Assembly (NCBI GenBank): GCA_026391215.1
Contig: JAPLDX010000064.1
Span: 1-29,235 of the forward strand
Direction of reading: 5' to 3'
Source of the DNA: Bacteroidia bacterium
GTDB lineage: Bacteria; Bacteroidota; Bacteroidia; Bacteroidales; VadinHA17
Length of the DNA stretch: 29,235 nucleotides
Shown here: one piece after another, positions 27,701-29,235 of the stretch
How positions within the stretch are numbered: the first letter of the stretch is position 1
Layout of the letters: each line of letters opens with the position of its first letter
Made by a program: the position numbers and the translations under genes
Notes under the pieces: generated by a model
Seen by the model: only the letters and a program-made list of their open reading frames with translations
Told to the model about the DNA's origin: nothing
Database searches by the model: none

Positions 27701-27999
27701 TTGGTAAGGTAACCGTAATTATTATCTCCTCCAATGTATATCTTTCCATCAGCAATATTCTTCTGCATCGCATAAGGAATTACTGGGATCCTGACAGCCA
27801 TCCAGTCCTGCCCGTCAAAAGCAAGAATACCTTTACGGTATGCGAAGAGCATTATCCCATTCTCATCCTGGCAGATTGCCCAGCTCTGGTTTTCAACATT
27901 CCGGCTTTCAGCATAATGGGTAAGAAGCGGAGATCCCTGTTGTGCAAACAACGCTGAAAGAGAAGTAATAAATATTATAAGAGAAACTATCCTTTTCAT
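24718..27999 (-). CDS. Membrane sensor phosphatase: signal peptide, beta-propeller, Y_Y_Y domain, TM helix, SpoIIE/PP2C domain
   Basis: MKRIVSLIIF.. signal; propeller-like repeats; QYQY..PGDYTLQVRAKD; TM FFYILIGMLLLFLIILVV; VSGDFYW, GDCTGHGVPGA, FSDGF, DDIT. Confidence 0.9.
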   Translation of the reverse strand: MKRIVSLIIFITSLSALFAQQGSPLLTHYAESRNVENQSWAICQDENGIMLFAYRKGILAFDGQDWMAVRIPVIPYAMQKNIADGKIYIGGDNNYGYLTKDLTGSYDYVSLSGDSSGIGIITKIIFSDSLAWFYSEQAADRYNLKTNSLELRVKSKPNDLFTGMFVTPKSTYINVLGKGLHRLESDTLFPIVTGYLTEQVDVLFSLPYKQALVLVGLSNGNLSLFDGMKYSEYQIKDDGYLKGNILSEGIALGDTAYAFSTLDGGALVVEKLSGKVLFTINNQNELPDDEVYAIGSDNSGGIWLSHQYGLTRADLRLPVGNFSIYPGLKGNLTSALKYNNELYVATSEGVFYLTEVKSYDEVQINSKSKVAATSSLSGTQTSKSPQEQQGGRKNIFTKIFGKKTGQQQQSKTEKAAAKPATTATQVTRKTISRLKSINYIYKKVEGLNEKCRQIVSTPGGLLASTNRGLFVINNHKAVIIADNRYINFISWQPENNKYFIGANDGYFAVKYLNGKWLTEAIDPQFINTVYSIVMKDNKTLWMGGDNTAYRVDMEGGLKYSSYNVMNEFPQRYTVDLINDTIFLYSESGIYFYNERSDGFDVFGKGKDIPAEEINLIIPLSNFPVIRYEGEWTSNSSESEIEDSELSLLKLFDDVVSVISERDNLWVVSGNNKLFGIDRKRSAEISPAIDVLIKHISNERGTSFNLTDIKFQRGDDVIIFDIIAPGYLKQSTTQYQYFINKQMSDWSTWSVRTHYEKPISKPGDYTLQVRAKDLWGNIGESQSVNFTIKAPFTQTAFFYILIGMLLLFLIILVVRFRERQLHNANRILEEKVKERTAEIEAQKEEITSSIEYASRIQLAMLPVEDIFKNIFSDHFIFYKPRDIVSGDFYWIGEDDKSVFFTVGDCTGHGVPGAFMSTLGISTLNEIISNNKNLQANKVLNLLRNKIMKSLHQTGKEGEAADGMDISFCILNKNKQTMQFAGAYNPLLISQNGELKEYKANRMPIGIYYGEEIPFTNYVINVNKGDVVYIFSDGFTDQFGGPEGAKYKKANLKKLLADIYYRPMIEQQNILETELAKWQGSLAQIDDITIIGVRI

Positions 28000-28079
28000 A
28001 ATAAAAATTTTCTGAATTCTCTCCTTTAATTATCAGGAAGCTAAAAATAGATAAAATTTTCAAATAAATGCATGCCTTG

Positions 28080-29235
28080 TCACTTAACAATAATACTCAG
28101 TATCATTACTCCAATTAATCCGGAAATACCTATTGATGTTTCCATTATAGTCCAGGATCTCAGAGTATCTTTGATGCTTAGATTAAAATATTCTTTAAAG
28201 AGCCAGAATCCGCCATCGTTCACATGACCAAGCATGAGACTCCCCGAACCAATCGCAAGTACCATCAGCTCAGGACTTACACCGGTAGCGGAGATCAATG
28301 GCAGGACAATACCGGCTGCTATATAATTACTTACACCACTGTCGACCAGGACTTGCTTCAGGGCCCCTGCACCGGCAATAAGCAGCATGATCACTGTTAA
28401 GCTTACAACAGAATGAGTTAGTGATTTCATAATATCACCTATCTTCCTTCCCCTGGCTAATCCGAGTGTATATGTAGCAAACAGGACAGAAGCAAGCATG
28501 GCAATGACAGGATTCCCAATATATCCGACCACTTTTTTTGCCTCACTTCCATCTGTCAGGAAGAAACCGATAATTGTTGAGATGCCGATCAAAAGAACTG
28601 GTAACAGGGCAGAAAAGAAACTGATCCAGAAGCCTGGCATCTCTTCATCCTTCAGAGGTTTACTACTAATGAATTCTTTTAGAGGCTTAGCGTCTATTCT
28701 ACTGAGAGCTCTTGATAAAATCGGTCCTGATATGATAATTGCAGGAATAGCGACAATTATTCCGTAGATCATTGTTTTTCCAAAATCTGCCTGAAACATT
28801 GCTGTAATAGCCGTAGGGGCCGGATGCGGAGGCAGATAGCCATGAGTTACTGAAAGAGCAGCAAGCATTGGCAAGCCTACGTAAAGAAGTGGGAGACGGG
28901 TTGAGGCTGCAACAGTAAATACAAGCGGGATCATGATGAAAAAAGCCACATCATAGAACAGGGAAATGCCAACAATAAAACCGGTCAACATCAGAGCCCA
29001 TTGGATATGTTTTGTTCCGAAGGCCTGAACAAGTTTTTCAGTAATTCTCTGGGCCGCTCCGCTCTCTGATACCAGCTTACCCAACATGGCTCCTAAACTA
29101 AGGATCATTATGATAAAGCCCATTGTATTGCCTATACCTTTTTCAATTGAGATGACAGCTTCGCTGATAGTCATTCCTTCTGCAATGGCAACTAAAAGGG
29201 AAACAATTACAAAGGATATGAAGGAATCGAATTTA
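28080..29235 (-). CDS. GntP-family gluconate:H+ symporter, 5'-partial, with apparent internal in-frame deletion
   Basis: LGAMLGKL..SGAA, THGYLPPHPAP, HVNDGGFW and TLRSWT motifs. The frame stays open to the window end (..KFDSFISFVIVSLLVAIAEGM). Confidence 0.85.
   Translation of the reverse strand, partial: KFDSFISFVIVSLLVAIAEGMTISEAVISIEKGIGNTMGFIIMILSLGAMLGKLVSESGAAQRITEKLVQAFGTKHIQWALMLTGFIVGISLFYDVAFFIMIPLVFTVAASTRLPLLYVGLPMLAALSVTHGYLPPHPAPTAITAMFQADFGKTMIYGIIVAIPAIIISGPILSRALSRIDAKPLKEFISSKPLKDEEMPGFWISFFSALLPVLLIGISTIIGFFLTDGSEAKKVVGYIGNPVIAMLASVLFATYTLGLARGRKIGDIMKSLTHSVVSLTVIMLLIAGAGALKQVLVDSGVSNYIAAGIVLPLISATGVSPELMVLAIGSGSLMLGHVNDGGFWLFKEYFNLSIKDTLRSWTIMETSIGISGLIGVMILSIIVK

Overview
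Bacteroidota-like (probably anaerobic Bacteroidales; inferred from TAnnTTTG promoter elements and gene content) chromosomal segment centred on a hydrogen/redox island. On the left, a minus-strand fermentation operon (ADP-forming acyl-CoA synthetase, aminotransferase, ferredoxin, 2-oxoacid:ferredoxin oxidoreductase alpha) is divergent from hydE, followed by hydG and a tandem TM1266-like gene. In the centre is a divergon with Rex-type operators. Its left arm is hydC-hydB-hydA-like, [FeFe]-hydrogenase/histidine kinase fusion, receiver, receiver-kinase, rex and an apparently kinase-dead ribF. Its right arm is hfsABC-like (2Fe-2S protein, PAS sensory hydrogenase, SpoIIE phosphatase). The most notable signal is that HydA keeps all its Fe-S cysteines but has lost the diiron-site residues, and HydB has altered FMN/NADH loops. 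This suggests a pseudo-enzymatic HydABC repurposed for redox signalling or electron relay. On the right are NUDIX, metallophosphoesterase, YgjP/M48-like, beta-CASP MBL, a propeller-YYY-SpoIIE sensor, and a GntP permease with an apparent internal deletion. No rRNA, tRNA, CRISPR or transposase was seen. All family assignments come from motif recognition by eye, not database searches.
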